A stretch of DNA of 64,000 nt from Candidatus Bathyarchaeota archaeon (lineage in GTDB: Archaea; Thermoproteota; Bathyarchaeia; 40CM-2-53-6): positions 1,600,001-1,664,000 of the forward strand of contig CAVSBL010000002.1 in the NCBI GenBank assembly GCA_963726255.1, given 5' to 3'. Below are positions 9,708 through 19,498 of this stretch, in pieces; the first letter of the stretch is position 1, and each line of letters opens with the position of its first letter. The position numbers were made by a program, and so were the translations under genes. The notes under the pieces are model-generated. The model saw only the letters and a program-made list of their open reading frames with translations. It was not told where the DNA came from and searched no databases.

Positions 9708-10106
9708 ATGGCACGGATTCCCATGGAAATGAATGAAGAAGTCTTGGAGGTAAACTCCAGGACTTTTAGAGTGAACTACGCGCAGTTTGAGAACGCTGTG
9801 GTAGCCTTCTTCTTTGAAGATAGGGTGCGAATTGGAACCCTTGCAATTGCGATGCCTGGGACGGGGGAAGTTGCGGTAGGCCGCTCTTCTGTGCTAGTCG
9901 GTGGCAAGTACCTTATGACGAGTCGAGCATTGGCAGAGCGGCTGGCAGGAAAAAGTGGAAGGATCGCACTTGTTTCATTATTCACGGAACTTGATGAGGC
10001 AGAAGCTTTTCGGGTGTACGCAAAGCTTCTTGAGAAGGTCCAATTAGGAACTCAGAGTGGGCAGAAATCATTGCGGCCGGACACATCAATACGACAGAAC
10101 ATTTGA
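9708..10106 (+). CDS. hypothetical protein resembling proteasome assembly chaperone 4 (PAC4/PSMG4)
   Basis: IGTLAIAMP...SSVLVG...SRALAERLAGKSGRIALVS pattern, recognised by eye. Confidence 0.55.
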   Translation: MARIPMEMNEEVLEVNSRTFRVNYAQFENAVVAFFFEDRVRIGTLAIAMPGTGEVAVGRSSVLVGGKYLMTSRALAERLAGKSGRIALVSLFTELDEAEAFRVYAKLLEKVQLGTQSGQKSLRPDTSIRQNI

Positions 10107-11375
10107 AAGTGGAGATTCACCTAGAACACGCGCCGCGGCCTCAGCCACTTGCTCTCTGTACCGTTCCCTGGTGTACACGCGAATTATGTTCATGAAAACG
10201 CTCAGCTCGTCCACTACCTTAGACAATTCGGTGATTTTCTGAGGGACCTTCTCACCTGAACGGTTCTTCGAAAAGATCGGTATGTCGATTGGCCCGATAT
10301 CCATCGCGTAATGGTATGGTACGGATGGAAGCGATGGGACGTCAATGCTGACATCGGACAGTGGGACCTTCGCTCTGACCGCGATATCCTCTTCAAGTTT
10401 AAGGCGCACGTTCTCGTTCGTGAACACGCTTGAGACAAGTTCATCTTTAGCGAAGAAAGTTCTCTCGTAAGCGCATTTCAGAAGCTTCCTTTCCGATAGT
10501 TCTCTTATGATTGGACGGGATTGAGGGTTCGCTAGCAGTTTCGCCCAGACTGTGTAGTCGTCCCACTCCAAGTATTCGTCGGGCGTTTTCACCTTGAGGA
10601 TTTGAAGATCCTCCTTGGCCGCGTCCAAGGCTTTTAGAATCATCATTTGGACGCCTCTACAGGCGCGGTGGAAGTATATTGCCCTGAATGACTCGAGCCG
10701 GGCAAGGATGAGGCTCTCGAGTGCGGGTAGCGCGGTTATGTCAACCGCCAAGTTATCACCCAATATGTCCATGGTGTATATGAGCCGAAAAACATCGACT
10801 GATCCATAGCCTGCGCCCGTATGGTAGGAATCTCGGACGACAAAATCCATCTTGTCAACGTCGAAGGAGCTGCTGATTATTTGACCGAGGAATCGCTTGC
10901 CGGGTTTCGAGAATTTGCCGACGGCGAGCTCGCTCAGCTCCTTCGCATCAAACCCTTGCGCCTCAATTACGCTAGTCAGACTGGAGTTGGCGATGATCCA
11001 GGTTGACATGTCTTCGTGATTCCGCCCTAGATATTTGAGCAGAAAAGGTTCGAATAAGTGGGAGAAGGGAGCGTGGCCGACGTCGTGCAGCAAACCCGCT
11101 AAACGCACTTTCTGTTTTTCCTCGGTTGAAAGTGAAGCCGGAAGGTTCTCGACGACCACGCCAGCAAGGTACATCGTTCCCAAGACATGCTCGAATCGCG
11201 TATGGTTCGCGGCGGGGTAGACGAACTCGGCTCCGGCGAGTTGCCTGATTCTGCGTAGCCTTTGCACAGCTAGAGTGTCAATGACATTCCGCTCAACCTC
11301 GGTTAGGCGAATGTATCCGTAGATGGGGTCTTTGATGAACCCCCAGTAACCAGAGGGGTTCCGATTTGGGTTCAT
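10086..11375 (-). CDS. HD-domain phosphohydrolase (SAMHD1/dNTP triphosphohydrolase-like)
   Basis: IKDPIYG, QRLRRIRQL, HTRFEH, LLHDVGHAPFSH and DVDKMDFVVRD motifs; ATG 11375 preferred as start. Confidence 0.92.
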   Translation of the reverse strand: MNPNRNPSGYWGFIKDPIYGYIRLTEVERNVIDTLAVQRLRRIRQLAGAEFVYPAANHTRFEHVLGTMYLAGVVVENLPASLSTEEKQKVRLAGLLHDVGHAPFSHLFEPFLLKYLGRNHEDMSTWIIANSSLTSVIEAQGFDAKELSELAVGKFSKPGKRFLGQIISSSFDVDKMDFVVRDSYHTGAGYGSVDVFRLIYTMDILGDNLAVDITALPALESLILARLESFRAIYFHRACRGVQMMILKALDAAKEDLQILKVKTPDEYLEWDDYTVWAKLLANPQSRPIIRELSERKLLKCAYERTFFAKDELVSSVFTNENVRLKLEEDIAVRAKVPLSDVSIDVPSLPSVPYHYAMDIGPIDIPIFSKNRSGEKVPQKITELSKVVDELSVFMNIIRVYTRERYREQVAEAAARVLGESPLSNVLSY

Positions 11376-11697
11376 TTGCTCCCTACCCGCTCCATATGAT
11401 TTCGAAGCCAAGATTCAAACAATATTGAGTTCATGAGCCTAGGAGGATAACCCTTGCCGTTAGACGCCTTAGATGGTAAGAAACACTCGGAGTATGATAG
11501 CCTTTGCACGTAGACGCCGCCCGACAGGCAAGTTTTGGGGACATAGAAGGACGCCCAATTCTACCATGATTGGGCACCCAGTGGCACGAGTTGCGGGTGG
11601 ATATTTACGAACGGCCATTTCGATCAACACGAATTATTGGACATGCTAGCTGACATTTGCGAAAACCGATAATAATACCGATTGAGAGGCGTGTGCC

Positions 11698-12651
11698 GTG
11701 GGCGTTCGTATGAAGTTTGGACTTCAGCATCCTAACTTTACCTATGACGGCCAGGGCCCTCAGCTTGTTGATGGGTTGAAGAAGCTCGTGGCTCAGGCCG
11801 AGAATCTCGGCTTTGATTCGTTTTGGGTAATGGACCATTTCCATCAGATACAATACGTTGGACAACCAGGAGAACCCATGCTTGAGGGTTGGACAACCCA
11901 AGGGGTTGTTGCCGGGTTCACTTCAAGAATCAAAATCGGTACGCTCGTTACTGGAATCGTGTACCGGCACCCCGCCGTCCTAGCAAAGATAGGCGCGACG
12001 TTGGACGTGTTGAGCAAGGGTCGATTGTTCATGGGTATTGGTGCTGCTTGGAACGAAGAAGAAGCTGCTGCCTACGGAATCCCGTTCCCCGCAACAGAAG
12101 AACGCATGCAGCGCCTCGAAGAAGCTGTGCAGATCATCCACAAAATGTGGACGGAAGACCGAGCCACCTTCGAAGGAAAATTCTACAGGATCAAAGACGC
12201 ATACTGCAACCCAAAACCAATCCAGAAACCACGCCCGCCAATAATGATTGGAGGCGGGGGCGAACGCATGACATTGAAAATCGCTGCGAAATACGCAGAC
12301 GCATGTAACGTGTTTGGCTCAGCTGACACCGTTAGACGAAAATTGAAAATCTTGAGACGGCACTGCCAAACCGTGGGACGCGATTATGACTCTATTCTTA
12401 AGACAAAACTAGGGCACGTGATCATCGACAAAGACAAGGACAGACTGAAAGCAAAACTTACCGACGCCCTAAGAGGCATTCCTGAGGAACGTCTAAAGGA
12501 ATTCGCCACCTATGGAACACCTGAGGAGCTTCGCCACCAAGTAGAAGAACTGAGAGAAGCTGGAGTCGAGTACCTCATAGTGAACATGGACCCGAAAGAA
12601 GAATCTGAAGCATTGGAGCTATTCGGGAGAGAGATCGTCAGGAAGTTCTGA
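11698..12651 (+). CDS. LLM-class F420-dependent oxidoreductase
   Basis: GFDSFWVMDHF, YRHPAVLAK, GIGAAW and PKPIQKPRPPIMIGGGGE motifs. Confidence 0.92.
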   Translation: MGVRMKFGLQHPNFTYDGQGPQLVDGLKKLVAQAENLGFDSFWVMDHFHQIQYVGQPGEPMLEGWTTQGVVAGFTSRIKIGTLVTGIVYRHPAVLAKIGATLDVLSKGRLFMGIGAAWNEEEAAAYGIPFPATEERMQRLEEAVQIIHKMWTEDRATFEGKFYRIKDAYCNPKPIQKPRPPIMIGGGGERMTLKIAAKYADACNVFGSADTVRRKLKILRRHCQTVGRDYDSILKTKLGHVIIDKDKDRLKAKLTDALRGIPEERLKEFATYGTPEELRHQVEELREAGVEYLIVNMDPKEESEALELFGREIVRKF

Positions 12652-12673
12652 GCGTCCACCGCGACAAAGTATA

Positions 12674-13150
12674 TCAGAGGTCTTTCTGCATGTTAAAGCT
12701 AGCTGTGTAGAAGCCCTGCGTTTTGTATAAGTTGACAGCGACTTGATTATGGCCAAAAACATGGAGGCCAAGTTGCGTTACGCCCATCTGCCTAAGTTTT
12801 GCTTCTAGCAGCTCCAGAGTTTTCCTACCATACCCCTTACCTCGATAGGCTTCGTGAATCAGGATATCGTACAGGAACGCGCTCTTCTTCCTTCTGTCCA
12901 CTTTGAACCAGATGAGTCCGACTGTTTCACCCTTTTCCCTATCGAGGACATTATAGAGAAAGTGGCCTCGGGTGGACAGACCGTTTTTCAGAATTTGTTT
13001 GACTTGCCTCCTTGCTTCGATCCGTACTTCGCCGATAGGCCTCTTGAAATTCCTCGCGATGTCCTGAGAATAACTTTCAAGGCTAAGTTTTCTGTAACGG
13101 GAAAAGTCGGCTAGACTCATTTTCCGGAAATCAATTGTTTCAGGTGCCAT
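12674..13150 (-). CDS. GNAT family N-acetyltransferase
   Basis: YRGKGYG acetyl-CoA motif; LHVFGHNQVAVNLY. Confidence 0.9.
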   Translation of the reverse strand: MAPETIDFRKMSLADFSRYRKLSLESYSQDIARNFKRPIGEVRIEARRQVKQILKNGLSTRGHFLYNVLDREKGETVGLIWFKVDRRKKSAFLYDILIHEAYRGKGYGRKTLELLEAKLRQMGVTQLGLHVFGHNQVAVNLYKTQGFYTASFNMQKDL

Positions 13151-13194
13151 GTTCTTTCACACCTTGCTCTAGTGAAGTTCGAATAAGGTTACCG

Positions 13195-13770
13195 TTAATC
13201 TTCTCGTGAGACTAGGAGAAGAGCGAGCGAAACTGAAACAACGACAATGTAGAGAGATACGTCAGTAATCAACGGCGACGCTAACGGCGCGAATGTACTT
13301 ACGTAAAGAATTGCGAGGGATAGGACGTAACAGCTTGCAAAAAGCAGGCCCGCGCGGGAAATTGTCCTCAACGCGGCTTGAGCGGAGCTGTACAGGCGAT
13401 CCTCCATCCCGGGTAAATTGTCGCCTACACTCATTAGCCTTGAAAGCTGTAGGCGAAACTCGGAGCAGACTGAGGACACCTCGAGAGCGAAGAAAATCAT
13501 AACGCTTTGCAATAATGTGATGGGAAGGTATTGCCCAATCGTATTCGTTAATGCCTGTGAAACAAGGAGAGCAAAGAAGACGAGCCACATTTCAAGTATG
13601 GAAAACTTTGTCCACACCCAACGCCCCCTCAAGATGCTAGTAATTGCGATGGATATACCGGTCAGGGACAGAATTATCCCTACTGAGAGTAACGGTTCCG
13701 GAAGAAACAGAGTGATGAAGGCGAAGGTAATGGCCTGCCAGCCCACTGAGAAGACTTGAAGAATCCTCAA
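13195..13770 (-). CDS. hypothetical multi-pass membrane protein
   Basis: About 6 hydrophobic segments; last gene of the MoxR cluster. Confidence 0.7.
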   Translation of the reverse strand: MRILQVFSVGWQAITFAFITLFLPEPLLSVGIILSLTGISIAITSILRGRWVWTKFSILEMWLVFFALLVSQALTNTIGQYLPITLLQSVMIFFALEVSSVCSEFRLQLSRLMSVGDNLPGMEDRLYSSAQAALRTISRAGLLFASCYVLSLAILYVSTFAPLASPLITDVSLYIVVVSVSLALLLVSRED

Positions 13771-13787
13771 AGAATGAAGTGGGGAGC

Positions 13788-15062
13788 CTATGCGAATTTC
13801 CGTGCAAACCTCCTCCTTGATAAGACCCTTATCGAGGTATGCGGTGAGACCTCAACACATTTCGCAATTGAGGCGATTTGCCTCAAGTTGATTCTTCGTT
13901 CGGTTTCAAGGATCTTCCTAGCGAGAACATTGGATCGAGGCTCATCGCGTGTTGACGCTTCTATTGATGGCGTCACGCAAATTACACTATATCCGGCAGC
14001 AGCCACACTTCTAACAACCTCAACAATCGCGTCGCCCATCAACGGCGAAATGAACGCAATGACAGACCTTGCAGGTAGAACTGCGTTGACGATTGTTTCG
14101 ACCGCGAAGTCGATTGGGATTATCGCACGGCCCGCTTTGGTTATTGTGAGGCCGCTCAGAATTCTCAGCAACTGGTGTTTTCCGAAGGCGGGTGATACCC
14201 ATGTTCTTTCCGCTCCGTAAACCAACAGGCCGACACGGTTGCCTTGAAGAAGCAGCTGAGAACACAGCGAGGCAGCTAAGTTAACCTCGAGTTCTTCAGC
14301 GTCGAATGAGAACACACTTGATAGAACCGATTCAGAGCAATCTAGAGCGACTAACACATCAGTTACACGTTCCGTCTCGAACTCGTTTGTTACTAACCGC
14401 GCCTGTCTGGCGGAAGCTTTCCAGTTGATTCGGCGCAATTCGTCGCCTGGCGAGTAGAGCCTTAGTTCGAAAAATTCCGTGCCTGGTCCTACGCTCCTTG
14501 AGGGAACTGTTCCCGGCCACGGCCCAACTCTCCTCGCGGTTACATCGACCTTGCCCAGGTCCTCAACCTGAGGAAGAATCATGACTGTATCCTGTCCAGG
14601 GATTTTTAGTGAGAATTGACGAAAGCGCATCGGGTCCATGCTTGTAGCTTTCAATGGGCCCAAAGCATACTGGCCCCTTCTGGGGGCAGATATCTCGTAG
14701 AAGTGTTCGGTTCGTTCATGCGGTTTCAGTGATAGACTGAAGGTGTTGCTTCCGCTTTGAAGATGTAACGAGTTGGGAATCTGATCTTCGAGGTGGAGCT
14801 CGTTGAGTTCGACGTTGAGGTTGTTTAGAATCTCAAGGGTTACCTTGATGGTTTCTCCGCCGAAGGAGCGTAAGGGGTTAAGCTTCCTCGTTATTGTGAG
14901 GTTTGGGATTTGAATGTGTGAAAGAAGTGATGAGTAGAAGAAGGTTAGCGCGATTGGAATTACGAAGATTGTAAGCGCCGGTTGCCTGAAGACCAGTGCG
15001 AAGCCTATGAAGAGATATGCCAATCCTAAGTAAAGTACGGCTTTCTTGGTGAGCACCATCAC
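13788..15062 (-). CDS. DUF58 domain protein (vWA-like MoxR partner)
   Basis: N-terminal TM pair; GTEFFELRLYSPGDELRRINWKASAR motif; DCSES MIDAS-like motif. Confidence 0.9.
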   Translation of the reverse strand: MMVLTKKAVLYLGLAYLFIGFALVFRQPALTIFVIPIALTFFYSSLLSHIQIPNLTITRKLNPLRSFGGETIKVTLEILNNLNVELNELHLEDQIPNSLHLQSGSNTFSLSLKPHERTEHFYEISAPRRGQYALGPLKATSMDPMRFRQFSLKIPGQDTVMILPQVEDLGKVDVTARRVGPWPGTVPSRSVGPGTEFFELRLYSPGDELRRINWKASARQARLVTNEFETERVTDVLVALDCSESVLSSVFSFDAEELEVNLAASLCSQLLLQGNRVGLLVYGAERTWVSPAFGKHQLLRILSGLTITKAGRAIIPIDFAVETIVNAVLPARSVIAFISPLMGDAIVEVVRSVAAAGYSVICVTPSIEASTRDEPRSNVLARKILETERRINLRQIASIAKCVEVSPHTSIRVLSRRRFARKFA

Positions 15063-16009
15063 TCTACCCTTGGGACCGGAACCTTACGCAACACTTCGGC
15101 AACAATCGCGGCCGAATCGAAACCGCGAACCCATGATTCGGCTTTCGGAATTATCCTGTGGCTAAGCGCCTCGACAGCGATATTCTTGGCGTCGTCGGGA
15201 ATTACATAGTCTCTACCATCAAACGCGGCATTCGCTCTTGAAAGCTTGAGAAGGGCCAGGGTGCCCCGGGGGCTAACACCAACCTCAACTTGTGGATGGA
15301 GCCTTGTTTCGCGAGCAATGTCGACCATGTATGATAGGACATCTTCGTCAACATGCACATCTTCCACCGCAGTTTGCATCTCGATGATAGTCTCTGGGCT
15401 TGCTACGGGTTCAATCACAAATTCATCTTGTTTACGCATCATTCTTTCTTTCAGTATCTGTAATTCCTCGCCCCTTTCCGGGTAACCGACCCCAACTCTC
15501 ATGATGAAACGATCTAGCTGCGCCTCAGGCAACTGGTAAACCCCTTCAAACTCGATTGGGTTCTCAGTTGCTACAACCATGAATGGGCTCGCCATTCTTT
15601 CGGACTTGCCGTCCAAGGTAACCTGGCGCTCTTGCATGGCCTCCAATAGCGCCGCTTGTGTCTTGGGTGGGCTTCGGTTGATCTCGTCGGCTAGGAGAAT
15701 GTTGGTGAAGATGGGCCCCTTCCTAAGTTCGAAGTCTCCAGTTTTCTGATTGTAGACATACGTTCCGGTTATGTCAGCAGGCAGAAGGTCGGGGGTGAAT
15801 TGCACCCGGGTAAAACTGCACCGTGTGGTGCCAGCGAGACTTTTCGCTATCAAGGTCTTCGCGAGGCCCGGGAAGTCCTCGATAAGGATGTGCGAATTGG
15901 TAAGCATTCCCAATAGGATTTTTCGGAGAACTAGGTCTTTGCCTACGATAACCTTTCCGAGTTCGCGGTGAATTTGCTTGCAGGTTTCCGACACTGAGGT
16001 GACGTTCAA
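15059..16009 (-). CDS. moxR: MoxR family AAA+ ATPase
   Basis: EDFPGLAKT, RVQFTPDLLPADITG, LADEINRSPPKTQAALLEAM and LPEAQLDRF motifs. Confidence 0.96.
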   Translation of the reverse strand: MNVTSVSETCKQIHRELGKVIVGKDLVLRKILLGMLTNSHILIEDFPGLAKTLIAKSLAGTTRCSFTRVQFTPDLLPADITGTYVYNQKTGDFELRKGPIFTNILLADEINRSPPKTQAALLEAMQERQVTLDGKSERMASPFMVVATENPIEFEGVYQLPEAQLDRFIMRVGVGYPERGEELQILKERMMRKQDEFVIEPVASPETIIEMQTAVEDVHVDEDVLSYMVDIARETRLHPQVEVGVSPRGTLALLKLSRANAAFDGRDYVIPDDAKNIAVEALSHRIIPKAESWVRGFDSAAIVAEVLRKVPVPRVE

Positions 16010-16515
16010 CGCGGCCAGCTCTCAATTTTGGAGAGTATTTTCTCAAATTCGTGTTCGCTTAAAGGTTCGTCTCCCGGCTGATGACCAGTCAGGAGCTTGA
16101 TCATCTGCTCGTCTTTCACAACATCTTCAAGGGTTTGCTTGTCATTCTCAGCGAGTTCCAGTATCTCTTTCTTCGACTGCATCGCTCCTGCCGCAACGGC
16201 TCCCAACGCGAGTGATTTGAGGTACTCCGACAGAATTCGCAACGACTTTCTATCGTGCCCGTACACCGCAGCATTAACAGTATCCGCAAGTTGCTGAAAC
16301 TCGTCCTCCTTCTGTTGGAGTGTTATCGCCTTTCCCTTCTGCGTGGGAACTGTACGGGCAACCGAACCAAGTATTATTGCGGACGCCAAGAAGAAGATCA
16401 GGCCCAGCGCAAACCAGTCGAGCTCTTGTATTTGAGAGAGAAACACATCGAGAACAATAACCGCGCCTGCGAAGAACAGTCCTAGCTCCAGGATTTGGTT
16501 GGCTTGTCTGTTCAT
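16006..16515 (-). CDS. hypothetical membrane protein (2 TM plus soluble domain)
   Basis: 4-nt overlaps with both neighbours; two N-terminal hydrophobic helices. Confidence 0.75.
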   Translation of the reverse strand: MNRQANQILELGLFFAGAVIVLDVFLSQIQELDWFALGLIFFLASAIILGSVARTVPTQKGKAITLQQKEDEFQQLADTVNAAVYGHDRKSLRILSEYLKSLALGAVAAGAMQSKKEILELAENDKQTLEDVVKDEQMIKLLTGHQPGDEPLSEHEFEKILSKIESWPR

Positions 16516-17399
16516 TTGTTGCCGCCAACTTTCGTTGAAAGAGCTTGCTGCAGAAATTGCAGATGACTTAGTGCCGTGATTCGCTTCTCTTCTGAAATTT
16601 CGTGGTTACTGTATCTTGCCTCTTCAAAGAGGAACGTTAAGCCGGTGACGGCTTCCTTTCCAATTTGCAACTTCGAAGAAATGTTCTCAGCGAATTCCCT
16701 GGCCGTTTCTTCCGAGGCTGCTTCTAAGCCTGCGTTGGAGAGAACCTCGCACATTTTCTTGTAGCATTGAAGGATGATTTCATGGTATTTCATCGTTGAT
16801 TTCAAACTAGTAATGGTTTCTTGGATGAGTTCGGCGGCTTGCTCCTTGACTTCAACCTGTGAATCAATGAAACGTATTCCTCTCGCTCGATAGGCCAAGC
16901 GTATTCCGCCAAAGATTAAGGTGAAAGACACCACTACTATCGCGCCTGTAATGAGTATCCCGTAGTAGAGGATTGGAGTCGTCGGAAGGAGCCCGGCGAT
17001 GGGACCTAACTGGGGGCGAGGCCCTGAAGTGTTTCCTGATCCGGAAATGCCTATCACGGCCATTCCTTGCAATCTGGTCAAGATTTGCTGCGGAAGGCCG
17101 GTCCATATTGCAATGATTCCCAGACCGAATAGGGCCGCGTAGACAGCAACAGTTAGCCAGAAGTTCGTTTCACGAGGCTTCGGTTCGTGCTGTAGCTTGA
17201 ACATTGCAGCCAGGGCGGCGATGATTTGATCCCTGTCCACAATTAGCACGATTAGGTACCACGTCATGATGGTTAGGATAAGAACTGGGGCCAGCCCACC
17301 GAGCACGGGTGACTTTGGTACCGCACCAACAACGGACACGGTCGGGATCAATATCGTAGTCAATAGGACCGAAAGAACAAATGCGTTTTTTCCCGACAT
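16512..17399 (-). CDS. DUF4129 domain membrane protein
   Basis: C-terminal IL.CY...ETAREFA...LTFLFEEARYS.H pattern; four TM segments. Confidence 0.85.
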   Translation of the reverse strand: MSGKNAFVLSVLLTTILIPTVSVVGAVPKSPVLGGLAPVLILTIMTWYLIVLIVDRDQIIAALAAMFKLQHEPKPRETNFWLTVAVYAALFGLGIIAIWTGLPQQILTRLQGMAVIGISGSGNTSGPRPQLGPIAGLLPTTPILYYGILITGAIVVVSFTLIFGGIRLAYRARGIRFIDSQVEVKEQAAELIQETITSLKSTMKYHEIILQCYKKMCEVLSNAGLEAASEETAREFAENISSKLQIGKEAVTGLTFLFEEARYSNHEISEEKRITALSHLQFLQQALSTKVGGNK

Positions 17400-17428
17400 C
17401 GCCTGTTACCTCACGCAGAAACATTGGC

Positions 17429-18043
17429 CTACCGTGGTACTGATTTGATTCTCATCAAGCGAGTAACCAGTTTCCAGACTTCCAAATGCACAGTTCTAGG
17501 GTCATTCTCACCGTCTATAATTTTCCAGCCATACCTTCTTGCGAGGCGCGAGTATGTGTTTCCAACCTCTCTAAGATACTGACGGTCGCCCTCATGAATA
17601 TCCCTCTTCTCACGTTTCCTTCTAAATGATGTTCGCGGCGCGATACGAAGAACGAGCACCAAATCTGGCTTCGGTAAGCCATTCTCTAATGATTTAAGCC
17701 AAGCTAGTGGCAAACCGTGTGCTACGCCGTAAGCTAAGTTCGAGGGGCTGTAACGGTTCACAATCACGTTGTGCCCGTGACCAATTAAACGATTGAGTTC
17801 TTGCGCCCTTTCCCATTTGTTTGCCGCGTAGAGAAGATGTACGGCGTGATAGTCCAGTAGGTTTCTTCCAGCTAGGTAGACCCTCAATTGCCTACCTACC
17901 GGCGTTCGATAGTCAGGGAAATCCCAGACAGATACAGCGCAGCCATTCCTCACTAGCCGTCTGGCTAAGAGAATCGCTTGGGTTCTCTTTCCCGACTGAT
18001 CTATGCCTTCGAATGCGATGAGGCGTCCTCGAGTCACTTGCAA
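17429..18043 (-). CDS. tmk: thymidylate kinase
   Basis: LIAFEGIDQSGKRTQ, LLYAANKWE, NRYSPSNLAY and PKPDLV motifs. Confidence 0.93.
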   Translation of the reverse strand: MQVTRGRLIAFEGIDQSGKRTQAILLARRLVRNGCAVSVWDFPDYRTPVGRQLRVYLAGRNLLDYHAVHLLYAANKWERAQELNRLIGHGHNVIVNRYSPSNLAYGVAHGLPLAWLKSLENGLPKPDLVLVLRIAPRTSFRRKREKRDIHEGDRQYLREVGNTYSRLARRYGWKIIDGENDPRTVHLEVWKLVTRLMRIKSVPR

Positions 18044-18047
18044 TAGC

Positions 18048-18458
18048 CTACTTGCGTTTCTTCTCTATTTTGCGTATTCTGTAGATGTCTAGCCAGATGT
18101 TTTCGAAGCCTTGTACGAAGGCTACGTCCCAGACTCCATATTTCATAGGGCCGATTTTCGTTGGATACCCGGCATCATTCAGCTTCTTGAGCAACCCCTC
18201 AAAATCGTCGACTTCAAAGCCAAGATGATCCAACTCCTCTCCTTCTCGAAATGGGCCCGCAACCGGACTGTCGTCAGTGTACCAGTTCAGTTCCAACCAA
18301 TGTCTTTTACCCTTACTGACTAAGTTGGCGAATTCGCCCTTTGTCCAATTGGCCTTAACGCGCGACCGTAACGTCATTCCAAGATATTTCGTGAAAAATG
18401 CAATTGCTCCGTCGAGATTACGGACACGGATGCCTGTGTATCCGAACCTGGGTTTCAT
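18048..18458 (-). CDS. VOC/glyoxalase family protein
   Basis: YTGIRVRNLD, LELNWY and LDHLGFEV motifs; ATG 18458 preferred as start. Confidence 0.88.
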   Translation of the reverse strand: MKPRFGYTGIRVRNLDGAIAFFTKYLGMTLRSRVKANWTKGEFANLVSKGKRHWLELNWYTDDSPVAGPFREGEELDHLGFEVDDFEGLLKKLNDAGYPTKIGPMKYGVWDVAFVQGFENIWLDIYRIRKIEKKRK

Positions 18459-18468
18459 TTGCAGGCCT

Positions 18469-19458
18469 TCAGAAGGATCTGGAAACAAGGAACTCTGCGA
18501 TTGAGGCCAAGTTGTTCCTGGCCTCGGACATTGAAAGCGTATTGAGAGCAGTTAAGGCGTTTGCCAAGTACATTTCAGCCTGCGATTTAGCGTACTTGAT
18601 TGAATCGTACTTCTCGTAGAGACCAATCACTCTTCGTATTTCGCTCTTAGTGATGTTCTTCTTCCCAAGAAGGCGAGTGAAAGTCTTTTTGTCCTTGGGG
18701 CTCGCTGCGATTAGTAGATGGGCGGCCATGACCGTCTTTTTGCCCTCACGAATATCACCGCCAATCTCCTTTCCGTACTCTTTAGCGTCACCTGCCACGT
18801 TCAGTATGTCGTCCACAATCTGGAATGCAATTCCTACCGTTTCACCAAACTTACCGAGCGTCTCAAGTTGTTCCGGTGAGCTTCCTCCGGCAATTGCACC
18901 GGCTTCGGTGGATAACGCCGTGAGGGCGCCTGTTTTGAATCTGAGAAGCTTGATTATCTCTTCTTCTGTGAATTGCTTGCGGCGCCACATGCTGAATTCA
19001 AACGCTTGCCCCCAAGTTATTCCGTAAGCGCGCTCCGCAATTTTCGCGACAAGCCGCTGGCAACGCTCTGCCGGAATTCTGCTCGCGTCAGCGATTTCGA
19101 ACACCTTGATGAGCATTGCGTCCCCCGCGTTAATGGCGGTTGGGACACCGTATATCCTGTGTATGCAGGGTTTTCCGCGTCGAAGTTCGCTTTGGTCTTC
19201 AATGTCGTCGTGGACTAGGGTCATGTTGTGAAGAAGCTCGACCGCTGCGGCAGCCCCAATTGCTTCCTCCATCTTTCCCCCAACGCATTCACAGCCTAAG
19301 AAAGTCAACGCTGGTCGGATACGTTTCCCGCCTCTGTCAAGCAGATCCCAAACCGAAGCGTAGAATTCCTGCGGCTCTCCGTTTCGCGGCAGGTACCGCT
19401 CCAATTCAGTTTCGACGTCCGCTTTGTACTGCCCGAGAATTTCGAGGACCGGTTTCAT
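18469..19458 (-). CDS. polyprenyl diphosphate synthase (GGPP synthase-like)
   Basis: GGKRIRP, HDDIED, RRGKP, KTG, FQIVDD and DIREGK motifs. Confidence 0.95.
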   Translation of the reverse strand: MKPVLEILGQYKADVETELERYLPRNGEPQEFYASVWDLLDRGGKRIRPALTFLGCECVGGKMEEAIGAAAAVELLHNMTLVHDDIEDQSELRRGKPCIHRIYGVPTAINAGDAMLIKVFEIADASRIPAERCQRLVAKIAERAYGITWGQAFEFSMWRRKQFTEEEIIKLLRFKTGALTALSTEAGAIAGGSSPEQLETLGKFGETVGIAFQIVDDILNVAGDAKEYGKEIGGDIREGKKTVMAAHLLIAASPKDKKTFTRLLGKKNITKSEIRRVIGLYEKYDSIKYAKSQAEMYLANALTALNTLSMSEARNNLASIAEFLVSRSF

Positions 19459-19498
19459 GTTGAAGCAGAATGTGCAACGTTGTTCTTCAAGTCATCTA

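Noticed and set aside
11441-11650. AGGAGG-TTG mini-ORF containing ATAGCCTTTG, the same 10-mer as the trpE shift site
   Set aside because: The +1 frame after CTT-TGC stops at about 11649 and does not reach the LLM gene; probably chance.
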